A DNA stretch of 64,000 nucleotides from Dehalococcoidia bacterium (GTDB taxonomy: Bacteria; Chloroflexota; Dehalococcoidia; Bin125): assembly GCA_963663235.2 (NCBI GenBank), contig CAXXNO010000006.1, positions 96,001 to 160,000 on the forward strand, in the 5' to 3' direction. Under the pieces are notes generated by a model. That model saw nothing but the letters and a program-made list of their open reading frames with translations. It was not told the DNA's origin and made no database searches. Below are positions 21,588 to 31,630 of this stretch, piece after piece (the stretch's first letter is position 1; each line of letters starts with the position of its first letter). Position numbers and translations under genes: made by a program.

Positions 21588-22091
21588 GTGCGCATCGCCA
21601 TAGGCAGCGACCACGCAGGCTACCCGCTGAAAATGTTCTTGAAGGCATTTCTCGAAGGCGAGGGGTACGACCTCGTCGATTTCGGGACGGACGGCGAAGA
21701 GTCCGTCGACTACCCCGATATCGTGATTCCGCTGGCGCGCTCGATTGCCGCAGACGAGGCCGATCTCGGCGTGGTGGTGTGCAGCAATGGCGTGGGCGTG
21801 AGTATCACGGCCAACAAAGTAGCGGGCGTCCGTGCCGCGCTGTGTGGCGATCCCTGGAGTGCGCGTCGCTCCCGCGAGCACACCAACGCCAACGTCCTGG
21901 CGCTGGGCGCCCATGCGATCGGGTCGCACGTTGCGCTGGAGGTGTTGGGCGCCTTCCTGGAGGGGGAGTTCCAAGGGGGGCGACACGCGCGACGCGTGGC
22001 GAAGATCGATGCCCTAGACGCCAGCCGGAGCGAGGGCCACCGAGGGCCGGAACCGATCATTGCATCCGATGTCCAAGCTCACCGTTCGTGA
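21588..22091 (+). CDS. rpiB: Ribose-5-phosphate isomerase B
   Basis: GSDHAG, VDYPD, ANKVAGVRAA, REHTNANVL, GGRHARRV. Confidence 0.93.
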   Translation: MRIAIGSDHAGYPLKMFLKAFLEGEGYDLVDFGTDGEESVDYPDIVIPLARSIAADEADLGVVVCSNGVGVSITANKVAGVRAALCGDPWSARRSREHTNANVLALGAHAIGSHVALEVLGAFLEGEFQGGRHARRVAKIDALDASRSEGHRGPEPIIASDVQAHRS

Positions 22092-23259
22092 CATTGAGGT
22101 CCAGGGGAAACGCGCGCTCGTACGGGTCGATTTCAACGTCCCTCTGCAGAATGGCGTCGTGGCAGACGACACTCGTATCCGCGCGTCGATTCCCACCCTT
22201 CGCTATCTGCTCGACGCGGGGGCCTCCGTTGTGGTCTGCTCCCATCTGGGCCGGCCGCAGGGACAGGTGCGTGAAGAGTTGCGCATGGCGCCGGTGGGAG
22301 CGCGGCTCCAAGAGGTGCTGGAGCGTCCGGTGAAATGTGCGAGCGACTGCGTCGGGCGACCGATTGAGAAGCAAGCCCGCAAACTGGGCCGTGGGGAGTT
22401 GCTGCTGCTAGAGAACCTGCGCTTCCGTCCCGAGGAAGAGGCGAACGATCGCGAGTTTGCCTGGAGCCTGGCACAGTTGGGCGACTTCTTCGTGAACGAT
22501 GCCTTCGGGGCGTCGCACCGAGCGCACGCCTCGACGGAGGGGGTGGCGCACTTCCTCGGTTCGGTGGCCGGGCTACTCTTGGAGGACGAAGTCGAGCGGC
22601 TCGGCGCGGTGTTCCGGACCGACGCCGGAACGCGGGCGGTCATCAGCGGCGGCGCGAAGATCAGCGACAAACTGGCGCTCTTGCGCCACCTCGTGGAGCG
22701 CATCGACGTTCTGTGTATCGGCGGAGCCATGGCGCATACGTTCCTGCTGGCGCGCGGTGTAGGCATCGGCGCATCGCTGGCGGAGCCGGAACTGGTGGAG
22801 GAGGCTGGGGCCGTGCTCGCTGAAGCGGAGCGGCGGGGCTGCGTCGTCGAGCTGCCGATAGACGGCGTGATCGCCCAAGCGCCGGAGGGACCGCCACAGG
22901 CCCGGCCGGTGGTCTTCGGAGAGGAGGAGGTCCCGGCGGGCTGGCGGATCCTGGATATCGGCCCGGCGACGATCGAGCGCTTCGCCGATGCGTTGCGCTC
23001 CGCGACCGTGGTGGTCTGGAACGGACCGCTGGGCCTCTTCGAGACTCCAGCCTTCGCGGGTGGCACGATGGCGATCGCGCGGCTGATCGCGGAGTTGCCC
23101 GCCGAAAGCATCGTCTGTGGCGGGGAGACCGTGCAGGCCGTGCGCCAGGCCGGCGTGGCGGAGCAGATCAGTCACATCAGCACCGGCGGCGGCGCAGCGC
23201 TGGAGTTCCTAGAGGGGCGCAGCCTGCCCGGCTTGGCGGTCCTGCCAGATCGTGCGTAG
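22069..23259 (+). CDS. pgk: Phosphoglycerate kinase
   Basis: RVDFNVP, SHLGRP, LLENLRF, WNGPLG, STGGGA. Confidence 0.96.
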   Translation: MSKLTVRDIEVQGKRALVRVDFNVPLQNGVVADDTRIRASIPTLRYLLDAGASVVVCSHLGRPQGQVREELRMAPVGARLQEVLERPVKCASDCVGRPIEKQARKLGRGELLLLENLRFRPEEEANDREFAWSLAQLGDFFVNDAFGASHRAHASTEGVAHFLGSVAGLLLEDEVERLGAVFRTDAGTRAVISGGAKISDKLALLRHLVERIDVLCIGGAMAHTFLLARGVGIGASLAEPELVEEAGAVLAEAERRGCVVELPIDGVIAQAPEGPPQARPVVFGEEEVPAGWRILDIGPATIERFADALRSATVVVWNGPLGLFETPAFAGGTMAIARLIAELPAESIVCGGETVQAVRQAGVAEQISHISTGGGAALEFLEGRSLPGLAVLPDRA

Positions 23260-23278
23260 GGGAAGCCGAGTCTGACGG

Positions 23279-24484
23279 ATGGACCTCGATCTCGCTCGCA
23301 CGCTATCGCGGCCAGCGGAGAGCAAGATCGTCCTGCTGGTGCTGGACGGCCTGGGTGGGTTGCCGCATTCCGATACAGGCCTCACCGAATTGCAGAGCGC
23401 CACCAGCCCGAACCTGGACCGTCTGGCCGCAGAGAGTGCGTTGGGATTAACGCAGCCGGTGAGCGTGAGCATCACTCCGGGTTCTGGTCCCGGCCACCTT
23501 GCGCTCTTTGGCTATGACCCGCTGCGGTACCAAGTGGGGCGAGGGATGCTGGAGGCAGTAGGCATCGACTTCGACGTGCGCCCGAGCGACATCGCCGCGC
23601 GGGGGAATTTCTGCACGATCGCAGCGGATGGCACGATCAGCGACCGCCGGGCTGGACGCATCAGCACCGAGCGATCGGGAGTGCTGGTGGAGCGGCTGCG
23701 CGGGATCGACATTGGAGCCGAGATCGAGTTGTTCGTGGAGCCGGTGCGTGAGCATCGGTTTGTGCTGGTCTTGCGTGGCGAAGGCCTGGGCGAATCCCTC
23801 AGCGCGACCGATCCTCAACGAACGGGCGTGCCGCCGCTCCGCAGCCGGGCGAGCGACGTAGCAGGCGAGCCAACCTCCGGGGCTGTCAACCGTTTCACAG
23901 AGGCGGCGGCCGAACGGCTGGCGGACGCAGCGCCGGCCAACGGAGTGTTGCTCCGGGGCTTCGCCAAGACGCCCGAGTTGCCGCAACTGGCAGACGTCTG
24001 GAGCCTGCAAGCGGCGGGCTGCTCGATTTACCCCATGTACCGCGGACTCGCGAAGCTAGCCGGGATGACCGCCATTCCCGCCGGGGAAACGCTTTCGGAA
24101 CAGATCGCGTCCGTACACGAGCACTGGGACGGTTACGATTTCTTCTTCGTGCACTACAAGTACACCGACTCCGCGGGTGAAGACGGCGATTTCCCCGGGA
24201 AGGTGGCCCGGATCGAGGAGGTCGACGCGCAGATCCCGGCGTTGATGGATCTGAATCCGGACGTCCTGATCGTGACGGGCGACCACTCGACGCCGGCAGT
24301 GATGGCGGCGCACTCGTGGCATCCGGTGCCGTTCCTGCTGCGGTCGCAGACCGTGCGCCGTCATGCGCAGGCCACGTTTGACGAAGAGTGCTGCGCCCGA
24401 GGCTCGTTGGGGGTCTTCCCGGCGCAAGAGGTCCTACCACTGGCCATGGCGCACGCAGGCCGGTTGGCGAAGTACGGGGCCTGA
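23279..24484 (+). CDS. apgM: 2,3-BPG-independent phosphoglycerate mutase, ApgM type
   Basis: LDGLG, TPGSGPGHL, DRRAGRI, TGDHSTP, HSWHPVP. Confidence 0.88.
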   Translation: MDLDLARTLSRPAESKIVLLVLDGLGGLPHSDTGLTELQSATSPNLDRLAAESALGLTQPVSVSITPGSGPGHLALFGYDPLRYQVGRGMLEAVGIDFDVRPSDIAARGNFCTIAADGTISDRRAGRISTERSGVLVERLRGIDIGAEIELFVEPVREHRFVLVLRGEGLGESLSATDPQRTGVPPLRSRASDVAGEPTSGAVNRFTEAAAERLADAAPANGVLLRGFAKTPELPQLADVWSLQAAGCSIYPMYRGLAKLAGMTAIPAGETLSEQIASVHEHWDGYDFFFVHYKYTDSAGEDGDFPGKVARIEEVDAQIPALMDLNPDVLIVTGDHSTPAVMAAHSWHPVPFLLRSQTVRRHAQATFDEECCARGSLGVFPAQEVLPLAMAHAGRLAKYGA

Positions 24485-24494
24485 ACGGAGTCTC

Positions 24495-25259
24495 ATGCCC
24501 GCACGGACCCCAGTGAGCGCCGGAAACTGGAAGATGCACGCCACGAACGCCGAAGCCGACGCGCTCTGCGAAGGGCTGCGCGGGATTGATGCGATCGCAG
24601 GCGTGGAAGTGGTGCTGGCGCCGGCTTACCTGCAGCTGGCACGTGTGGCGGATCGCTTCATCGGTTCAGGAGTGGGGATCGCGGGCCAGAACATGCACTT
24701 CGAAGAGCAGGGCGCGTTCACGGGCGAGGTCAGTCCACGGCAACTGGCCGAAGTGGCCGACTGGGTGATCATCGGGCACTCGGAACGCCGGCAGTATTTT
24801 TGCGAGGACGACCGAAGCGTCAACGCGAAAGTGCGCGCCGCGCAGAGCCACGGTCTGAAGCCGATTCTCTGCGTGGGTGAGCAACGGACAGAGCGGGAAG
24901 CCGAGCGCACCGAGGCGGTGTTGCGCCGGCAGCTGCACGACGGACTCGATGGTCTCGAACTTCCTCCGGGCTTCGTGGTCGCTTACGAACCGACGTGGGC
25001 GATCGGCACGGGCATCCCCGCGACGGGAGAAGTGGCGCAGCAGGCCAGCGCGTTGATCCGCGACCTGTTGGCGGAACTCCAGAGTCCCGAGATAGCGGAG
25101 ACGGCGCGCATTCTCTACGGCGGATCGGTGAAAGCGGAAAACATCGCCGAGTTCGTGGCGCAGCCGGATATCGACGGAGCATTGGTCGGGGGTGCGTCTC
25201 TAGACGCAGAACAGTTCACCGCGATCACGCGCGCCATTGCCGCCGCCAAGAGCAGTTAG
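24495..25259 (+). CDS. tpiA: Triosephosphate isomerase
   Basis: AGNWKM, GHSERR, AYEPTWAIGTG, LVGGASL. Confidence 0.97.
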   Translation: MPARTPVSAGNWKMHATNAEADALCEGLRGIDAIAGVEVVLAPAYLQLARVADRFIGSGVGIAGQNMHFEEQGAFTGEVSPRQLAEVADWVIIGHSERRQYFCEDDRSVNAKVRAAQSHGLKPILCVGEQRTEREAERTEAVLRRQLHDGLDGLELPPGFVVAYEPTWAIGTGIPATGEVAQQASALIRDLLAELQSPEIAETARILYGGSVKAENIAEFVAQPDIDGALVGGASLDAEQFTAITRAIAAAKSS

Positions 25260-25281
25260 CCTCCGGATCGTTCGCAAGGCC

Positions 25282-26187
25282 ATGGCTGAGGCAGAACCAC
25301 CGTTGATCGCCGTCGTGGGGCCGACGGCGTCCGGCAAGAGCGTCTGGGGTCTGGCGATCGCCGAGGCGGGTGGCGGCGAGATCATCGGGGCCGATAGCCA
25401 GCAGGTGTACCGCGGCCTCGACATCGGCACGGCCAAGCCGAGCGCGGAAGATCGGGCGCGGGTCCGGCACCACCTCATCGACCATGTTGATCCGCGCGAG
25501 CGCTACCACCTCGTGCGCTTTTTGCGCGAGGCGCGCGCAGCGATCGCCGACGTTCGTGGGCGGGGCCGCCGGCCCGTGCTAGTGGGGGGCACCGGCCAGT
25601 ACGTGCGAGCGCTGTTGGAGGGCTGGTCGGCGCCAGAAGTGGAGCCGGACATGACACTGCGTGCGGAGCTGACGGAGCAGGCCGCGCGCCACGGGGCAGC
25701 GGCCCTGCACGCCGAACTGACCGCCGTCGATCCTGTGGCGGCAACGCGCATCGACTCCACGAACATCCGTCGCGTGGTCCGCGCCCTGGAGGTGTACCGC
25801 AAGACCGGCCGGCCGATCTCTTCCTGGCACGACGAGCGGGCGCCACTGCCCGCAGTGATCGTGGCGCCGCTCCTGGACCGCACCGAGATAGATGTTCGTG
25901 TGGAGAAGCGGGTCGAGACGATGTTCGCGCTCGGACTCGTCGAGGAGGTGCGGGCGCTCCTGACCGCCGGCGTGCCGCGAGACGCTCCCGGGCTAGCGGG
26001 CATCGGCTATCGGGAGGTCGTGCGACACCTGGCCGGTGAGATGACGCAGGAGGAAACCGTCAAAGCCGTGAAGGCCGCCACCCGGAAATTGGTCCGGCGC
26101 CAACTGGCCTGGTTCCGGCTCGACGACCCGCGCATCCAGTGGCTGTCACGGGTCGAGGAGGCGCGGGCGCTCGTGGGAGATCCGTAG
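25282..26187 (+). CDS. miaA: tRNA dimethylallyltransferase
   Basis: GPTASGKS, DSQQVYRGLDIGTAKP, VGGTGQY, RRQLAWF. Confidence 0.95.
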   Translation: MAEAEPPLIAVVGPTASGKSVWGLAIAEAGGGEIIGADSQQVYRGLDIGTAKPSAEDRARVRHHLIDHVDPRERYHLVRFLREARAAIADVRGRGRRPVLVGGTGQYVRALLEGWSAPEVEPDMTLRAELTEQAARHGAAALHAELTAVDPVAATRIDSTNIRRVVRALEVYRKTGRPISSWHDERAPLPAVIVAPLLDRTEIDVRVEKRVETMFALGLVEEVRALLTAGVPRDAPGLAGIGYREVVRHLAGEMTQEETVKAVKAATRKLVRRQLAWFRLDDPRIQWLSRVEEARALVGDP

Positions 26188-26243
26188 CGCCAACCCTGGA
26201 GCGACATCGACAATCGTGCTCGGGTCCGTACAATCAGAGGGCG

Positions 26244-27110
26244 ATGCCAATCCCGTTTACCAAAATGGAAGGCGCGGGCAACGATTTCGTGCTGATCGAC
26301 GCACGAGCCCAGCGGGCGGATTGGGCCCGTTTGGCGCCGCCGATGTGCGACCGCCACTTCGGGATCGGCGCGGACGGCGTGCTGGTGATGGAGAATTCCG
26401 AGAAAGCGATCATCCGGATGCGACTGTTCAACGCCGACGGCTCCGAAGCCGAGATGTGCGGGAACGGCCTGCGCTGTGTAGCGAAGTGGGCTATCGAGCG
26501 GGGCGGAGCGTCGCCGTCCGACGAGGGGCTGGCGATCGAGACCGGCGCCGGCGTTCTTTCCGCGACGGTCACCGCGCGTGCGGAGGGGACAGGTGCGATC
26601 GAACGAGTCCGTCTGGCGATGGGCGCGCCGCGGTTCGCGCCGGCGGAGATCCCCGTCGTGGCGGAGGGTCCCGGGCCCGTCAAAGACTTGCCGATTGCGA
26701 TCGATGGCAGCGAGATCCGGGTGACGTGTCTGTCCATGGGCAACCCTCACGCGGTGCACATCACGGATAGGCCGGTGGACCAGATCGATTTGGCGCGTCT
26801 GGGTCCGCTGATGGAGCGTCACGATCGATTCCCGCAACGGACCAACTTCGAGGTCGTGAACGTCGAGTCGCCGCAGCACTTGCGCGTGCGCGTATGGGAG
26901 CGCGGTGTGGGATTGACGCTGGCCTGCGGCTCGGGCGCATCCGCGGCGATTGTCGCCGCACGGCTGCACGGCCTCGCAGGGCAGCGGGCCACCGTGTCGC
27001 TGCCGGGTGGCGATCTGGAGCTGGAGTGGGACGCGGAGGGTCCGGTGTACCTGGAAGGGCCGGCAGCCTACGTCTTTGAAGGTGAGTGGAGCATCGATGG
27101 TTATTCCTGA
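26244..27110 (+). CDS. dapF: Diaminopimelate epimerase
   Basis: GAGNDF, NADGSEAEMCGNG, MGNPH, ERGVGLTLACGSG. Confidence 0.96.
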   Translation: MPIPFTKMEGAGNDFVLIDARAQRADWARLAPPMCDRHFGIGADGVLVMENSEKAIIRMRLFNADGSEAEMCGNGLRCVAKWAIERGGASPSDEGLAIETGAGVLSATVTARAEGTGAIERVRLAMGAPRFAPAEIPVVAEGPGPVKDLPIAIDGSEIRVTCLSMGNPHAVHITDRPVDQIDLARLGPLMERHDRFPQRTNFEVVNVESPQHLRVRVWERGVGLTLACGSGASAAIVAARLHGLAGQRATVSLPGGDLELEWDAEGPVYLEGPAAYVFEGEWSIDGYS

Positions 27111-28026
27111 CAGCTCGAGCTTTGTGCAGGACCGCAGCCCGGGACTGGTCCGCGAATTGCATCGGACGCTCCAGGAAAGCGAGTTGCACTATCGCAATCT
27201 CAGCGGCGTCGATTACGAGGCCCTGATCGAGGATCCGACCGTCATCGCCGCACAGACGGAAGAGGGCTACCTACTGGGAGCGCCCTACGGGCGAGAGTTG
27301 CGCCTCTACTACCACTTCAACGATCTGCGCGCTGCAGAGGTGTCACTGGGCGCCTTGGTTACGGACCTTGCTGAACTGGCGTCAGAAGAGACAGCCTGCA
27401 ACACGATGGTGATGGACCACGACCATGGGCACCGCCACATTGTCCACCTCGTCCTTCTGGGCGCCGACTTCGCCGAGCCAGAGCCGTGGTCGCTGATGCG
27501 TTGCCGCGACATACGGGAGGCACCGCTGCGAGACGAGGCCGCGAACGCCACGGTGCGGAAGGCGACGGCCGCGGATGCGACGACCGTCATGCAGCTGGAC
27601 GGGTCGGTCCGAGGCGAGCGATCGATCGCGCCGCCGCTGCCCGCGGGGTTCATCGAAGATGCGCGCTGGCTCGGCCTGGCGGAGATCGAAGGGAAGCCAG
27701 CCGGCTACTTGCGGATCGTGGATGCGGAGAAACGAGGGCTTCGGGGCGACCACTTCATCATCGACCCAGACCTCGGAGCGCACGACGCCGGGGGAGCGTT
27801 GCTGCGGGCAGCCATCATCCACGGCCGCGAGGACAATCGCCGCGCGCTGACGATCGAGACGCCGGAGGAACAGACGAGCGAGCCGTACTTCGGTCCCTAC
27901 GGATTCAAGCGGGTTGGAGAGCGGTTGCGCTACCGCCGCCCCGTCGACATCGAAGAGATCCGCCGCGCCCATCGGGACAAGGCTCAGCGCTACTTCAAAG
28001 TGGGCAAGATTTGGGGCACGTGGTAA
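27097..28026 (+). CDS. GNAT-fold acetyltransferase-like protein
   Basis: C-terminal half VRKAT...AEIEGKPAGY...GGALL...YGFKRVG; co-oriented in the operon. Confidence 0.6.
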   Translation: MVIPDSSSFVQDRSPGLVRELHRTLQESELHYRNLSGVDYEALIEDPTVIAAQTEEGYLLGAPYGRELRLYYHFNDLRAAEVSLGALVTDLAELASEETACNTMVMDHDHGHRHIVHLVLLGADFAEPEPWSLMRCRDIREAPLRDEAANATVRKATAADATTVMQLDGSVRGERSIAPPLPAGFIEDARWLGLAEIEGKPAGYLRIVDAEKRGLRGDHFIIDPDLGAHDAGGALLRAAIIHGREDNRRALTIETPEEQTSEPYFGPYGFKRVGERLRYRRPVDIEEIRRAHRDKAQRYFKVGKIWGTW

Positions 28027-28103
28027 ACGGCTTGCACGGCGTCTGCTCGTCCATCCATTCCCCGAGACTGCGCGATCCGGGCTGGTAGCGAAGAGAGGGC
28101 GTC

Positions 28104-29267
28104 ATGCAGGTCGCCAAGCGTGTTGAGTCGCTGCCGCCGTACCTGTTCGTCGAGATCAGCAAGAAGATCGCGGCGAAGCGCGCGCAAGGGATCGACGTCA
28201 TCAGCTTCGGGATCGGCGATCCGGACCGGCCGACGCCGACGCCGATCCTGCAGGCGCTCCACGCCGCCAGCGACGATCCGCAGAACCATCGCTACCCAGA
28301 GTCCGACGGATTACCCGAGCTGCGTGCGGCGATCGCAGATTGGTATGCGCAGCGCTTCGGGGTTCGCCTGGACCCGAACGACGAAATCCTGCCGTTGATC
28401 GGGGCGAAGGAAGGGATCGCGCATATCGCGCTGTGCTTCGTCGACCCCGGGCAGGTGGCGCTGGTACCGGATCCCGGCTATCCGGTGTACGCCATCGGCA
28501 CCATGTTTGCGGGAGGCACGTCGCATTTCCTGCCGCTGCGGGAAGAGAACGACTGGCTGCCGGACTTCGCCGCGATTCCCCGGGACGTGCTGGACCGCGC
28601 CACGATCCTGTGGCTGAACTATCCCAACAACCCCACCGGCGCCGTGGCGCCGCGGGAATTCTACGACGAGGCGGTCGCGTTCGCGCGGCGTCACAACCTG
28701 GTGATCTGCCACGACAACGCCTACAGCGAGGTAGCGTACGACGGCTACCGACCGCCCTCCTTCCTGCAAGCGGAAGGGGCGCGAGAGACAGGGATTGAGT
28801 TCCACTCGTTGAGTAAGTCCTACAACATGACGGGTTGGCGGATTGGCATGGCGGTCGGTAATCGAGACATCATCAACGCCCTGATGCGAGTGAAATCCAA
28901 CATCGATAGCGGCATCCCCCAGGCGATCCAACGGATGGCGATCGCCGCCTTGAGCGGCGATCAAACTGTGATAGCCGAAAGCAACGCGATCTTGCAGAGG
29001 CGACGCGATCGAGTAGTGGAGGCGCTGCGCGGCATCGGGCTGCGCGTGCAGATGCCAAAGGCCGGGTTGTACGTGTGGGCGCGGGTTCCCGACGGCTTGA
29101 GCAGCGTCGAATTCGCCACACGGCTGCTGGAAGAGCAGGCGGTAGTGGTGACACCCGGCAACGGCTACGGCGAGTCCGGCGAAGGGTACGTGCGACTCTC
29201 GCTCACGACGCCGGACGATCAGTTGGAAACCGGCCTGCAGCGCATCGCCCAATGGACCACGGGCTAG
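28104..29267 (+). CDS. dapL: LL-diaminopimelate aminotransferase (class I/II PLP)
   Basis: PPYLF, GIGDPD, GAKEG, NYPNNPTG, SLSKSYNMTGWRIG; neighbour of dapF. Confidence 0.88.
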   Translation: MQVAKRVESLPPYLFVEISKKIAAKRAQGIDVISFGIGDPDRPTPTPILQALHAASDDPQNHRYPESDGLPELRAAIADWYAQRFGVRLDPNDEILPLIGAKEGIAHIALCFVDPGQVALVPDPGYPVYAIGTMFAGGTSHFLPLREENDWLPDFAAIPRDVLDRATILWLNYPNNPTGAVAPREFYDEAVAFARRHNLVICHDNAYSEVAYDGYRPPSFLQAEGARETGIEFHSLSKSYNMTGWRIGMAVGNRDIINALMRVKSNIDSGIPQAIQRMAIAALSGDQTVIAESNAILQRRRDRVVEALRGIGLRVQMPKAGLYVWARVPDGLSSVEFATRLLEEQAVVVTPGNGYGESGEGYVRLSLTTPDDQLETGLQRIAQWTTG

Positions 29268-29309
29268 GGCCAATCCGGTACTCTGGCACCGAGCGCGGAG
29301 GAGAACCCG

Positions 29310-30554
29310 ATCACCCGAGCGACGAAGGACAAACCGCTGCACACCACCGCTCCCCCAGCGGAGCGCGCCATTCTGGTCGCCGTCGACAGCGCCCGAACAC
29401 AGCACTGGAACGTCAACTCATCGCTCGACGAACTGTCGATGCTGGCGGTCAGCGCCGGCGCGCGGCCGCTAGCCCGCGTGAGCCAACGGCTGAAGCATCC
29501 CGACGTGCACTCGTACGTCGGCAAGGGGAAATTGCAGGAGTTGGTACAGCTACGCGAAGAGTTGGGCTACACACTGGCGCTCTTCGACGATGAACTGACA
29601 CCGGCGCAGCAGCACACATTGGAACGAGCGCTCGCGGTCAAAGTGATCGATCGCACAGCGCTGATCTTGGACATCTTCGCCCAGCGCGCCCATACGCGAG
29701 AGGGCGCATTGCAAGTGGCGCTGGCGCAGCACGAGTACCTCTTGCCGCGCCTGGCCGGGCAGTGGTCCCACTTGGAGCGGATGGAAGGCGCGATCGGCGC
29801 GCGAGGACCGGGCGAAACGCAGTTGGAGACGGACCGCCGGCTGGTGCGCCAGCAGATCAAGCGCCTCAAGCAGCAGATCGGGCAGGTGCGGCAGCACCGG
29901 AGCCAGTACCGTCGCCGGCGGCAGCGGGCCGGCATCGCGGTCGTGGCGCTGGTGGGGTACACGAACGCGGGGAAGAGCACGCTGATGAACGCGCTGACGC
30001 GGGCCGGCGTGCGCGCGCACGACCGCATCTTCGAGACGCTGGACCCGGTCACGCGTCGGTGTCCGTTGCCGGACGGCGGCACCGTGCTGTTGACCGACAC
30101 GGTGGGCTTCATCGAGAAGTTGCCCACGCAGCTGGTGGTGGCGTTCCGCGCCACGCTGGAGGAGTTGGAAGACGCAGACCTGCTGCTGCACGTTGTCGAC
30201 ATCACGCATCCCGACGCGGCGGAGCAGAGCCAGACCGTCGAGAACACGTTGGCCGAGCTGGGGCTGGAGACGCGGCCGCGGTTGACGGTCCTCAACAAGG
30301 TCGACCAGGTACAGAGCCCGGCGGGGCGCGCGCCGCAGGAGTTCGCCGACTTGCGGGAGTTCACGGAAGAGGTCACGCGGGAACGGCCCGACGCGGTCCT
30401 GCTGTCCGCGGAGAAGCGATGGGGGCTGGAGGAGTTGCGCGAGCGGATCGTGAGCGTGCTGAAGGGGGGCGATACGGCGCCCTCGGAGGAGAGTGACACC
30501 GGGGTGAGCGTCGATCCGCTGCGGCAGGTTCGGGTGGTCACGCGGGCGGGCTAA
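29310..30554 (+). CDS. hflX: GTPase HflX, probable ATC start
   Basis: GYTNAGKS, TDTVGFI, NKVD; conserved ERAILV...SLDEL lies upstream of the first ATG (29439); GGAGGAG SD 6 nt before ATC 29310. Confidence 0.93.
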   Translation: MTRATKDKPLHTTAPPAERAILVAVDSARTQHWNVNSSLDELSMLAVSAGARPLARVSQRLKHPDVHSYVGKGKLQELVQLREELGYTLALFDDELTPAQQHTLERALAVKVIDRTALILDIFAQRAHTREGALQVALAQHEYLLPRLAGQWSHLERMEGAIGARGPGETQLETDRRLVRQQIKRLKQQIGQVRQHRSQYRRRRQRAGIAVVALVGYTNAGKSTLMNALTRAGVRAHDRIFETLDPVTRRCPLPDGGTVLLTDTVGFIEKLPTQLVVAFRATLEELEDADLLLHVVDITHPDAAEQSQTVENTLAELGLETRPRLTVLNKVDQVQSPAGRAPQEFADLREFTEEVTRERPDAVLLSAEKRWGLEELRERIVSVLKGGDTAPSEESDTGVSVDPLRQVRVVTRAG

Positions 30555-30582
30555 GGCCGGCGGTTCGCTTGAGGCGGAGGGT
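30538..30582 (-). pseudogene. Stranded alternative 3' end of the WrbA-like gene (TLRLKRTAGLSPPA*)
   Basis: Peptide LRLKR shared with the present end SLRLKRQPLP*; own TGA overlapping the hflX end. Confidence 0.55.
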
Positions 30583-30586
30583 GGGG

Positions 30587-31075
30587 AAGAGAAACCTCAC
30601 CCCCCGGCCCCCTCTCCATCGCAAGCGACGGAGAGGGGGAGTTTTATTCCATCGCGGGCGGAGCGTGGGGGACAGCGCAGCGGGGGTCGCGCGCGGCGGG
30701 GGCGTGAACCTCACCCCCCGGCCCCCTCTCCATCGCAAGCGACGGAGAGGGGGAGGAGAGGGGGCGACGGCAGGCTACTTGGCGTCGAGGTCGCGGAGGG
30801 CGGGGAAGAGAAACCTCACCCCCTGGCCCCCTCTCCATCCTTCCCAGGAGGGAAGGATGGAGAGGGGGAAGAAGGACGGATCACAGGGCCGCCCCGTTCT
30901 CCTTCGACCCTTCGACAAGTTCAGGACAGGCTTCGCTCAGGACGAACGGGGCGGGAGAGGGACCTCACCCTTCCGCTGAACGAAGGGCGCAAGCGCCTCC
31001 TGGCCCTCCTTCGACACGGCTCAGGACAGCCCCTCTCCGTTGGAGAACGATGGAGAGGGGGAAGAAGAGGGAGTG
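30587..31075. repeat. Mosaic REP-like array
   Basis: Several CCCTCTCCATC...GGAGAGGG hairpins plus CCTTCGACAAGTTCAGGACAGG and CCTCACCCTTCCGCTG modules. Confidence 0.9.
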
Positions 31076-31093
31076 ATGGAACGCGGCCCGCAC

Positions 31094-31630
31094 TCATGGC
31101 AGCGGTTGGCGTTTCAATCGCAGGGAGATCTGGGCTACCCGCTTGCCTAACACGCGGGCCTGGCGGCGGTCGATGTCGCGGACGGCGCCGTGGGCGGTGG
31201 CGCCGTAGTAGGATCCCGACTCGCGCATGTCGTCGGACCAGGGCAGGCCGACGATCACCATGCCGTGCGCCATGAGCAGGTGGATGAGCTGCAGGAGCGT
31301 CGCTTCGGTGCCGCCGGAGCGGGACCAGCCGGCGGTGAAGCAGGCGCCGACCTTGCCGGCCAGCTCCCCGCTCTCCCAGAGATCGCCGGAGTAGTCCATC
31401 CAGTCCTTGAGCCTGCCGGTCATCCCGCTCCAGTTGGGCGAGCCGAGGATCAGGGCGTCGCAGGCGAGGAGGTCGGCGTGCTGGGCCTCTTCCAAGGAGC
31501 GTTCCCAGGCGACGGCGCCCTGGATCTCGCGGACGCCGTCGAGGACGGAGGTGGCCAGCTCCTGGGTGAGGCCGCGGCCGTCGTAGAGGACGAGGACCGT
31601 GGCGCGGACGTCGGCGGCGGCGGCGGTCAT
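31094..31630 (-). CDS. WrbA-like flavodoxin / NAD(P)H:quinone oxidoreductase
   Basis: DALILGSPNW, LAGKVGACF, SGGTEATL, HGMVIVG, SYYGA. Confidence 0.85.
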   Translation of the reverse strand: MTAAAADVRATVLVLYDGRGLTQELATSVLDGVREIQGAVAWERSLEEAQHADLLACDALILGSPNWSGMTGRLKDWMDYSGDLWESGELAGKVGACFTAGWSRSGGTEATLLQLIHLLMAHGMVIVGLPWSDDMRESGSYYGATAHGAVRDIDRRQARVLGKRVAQISLRLKRQPLP

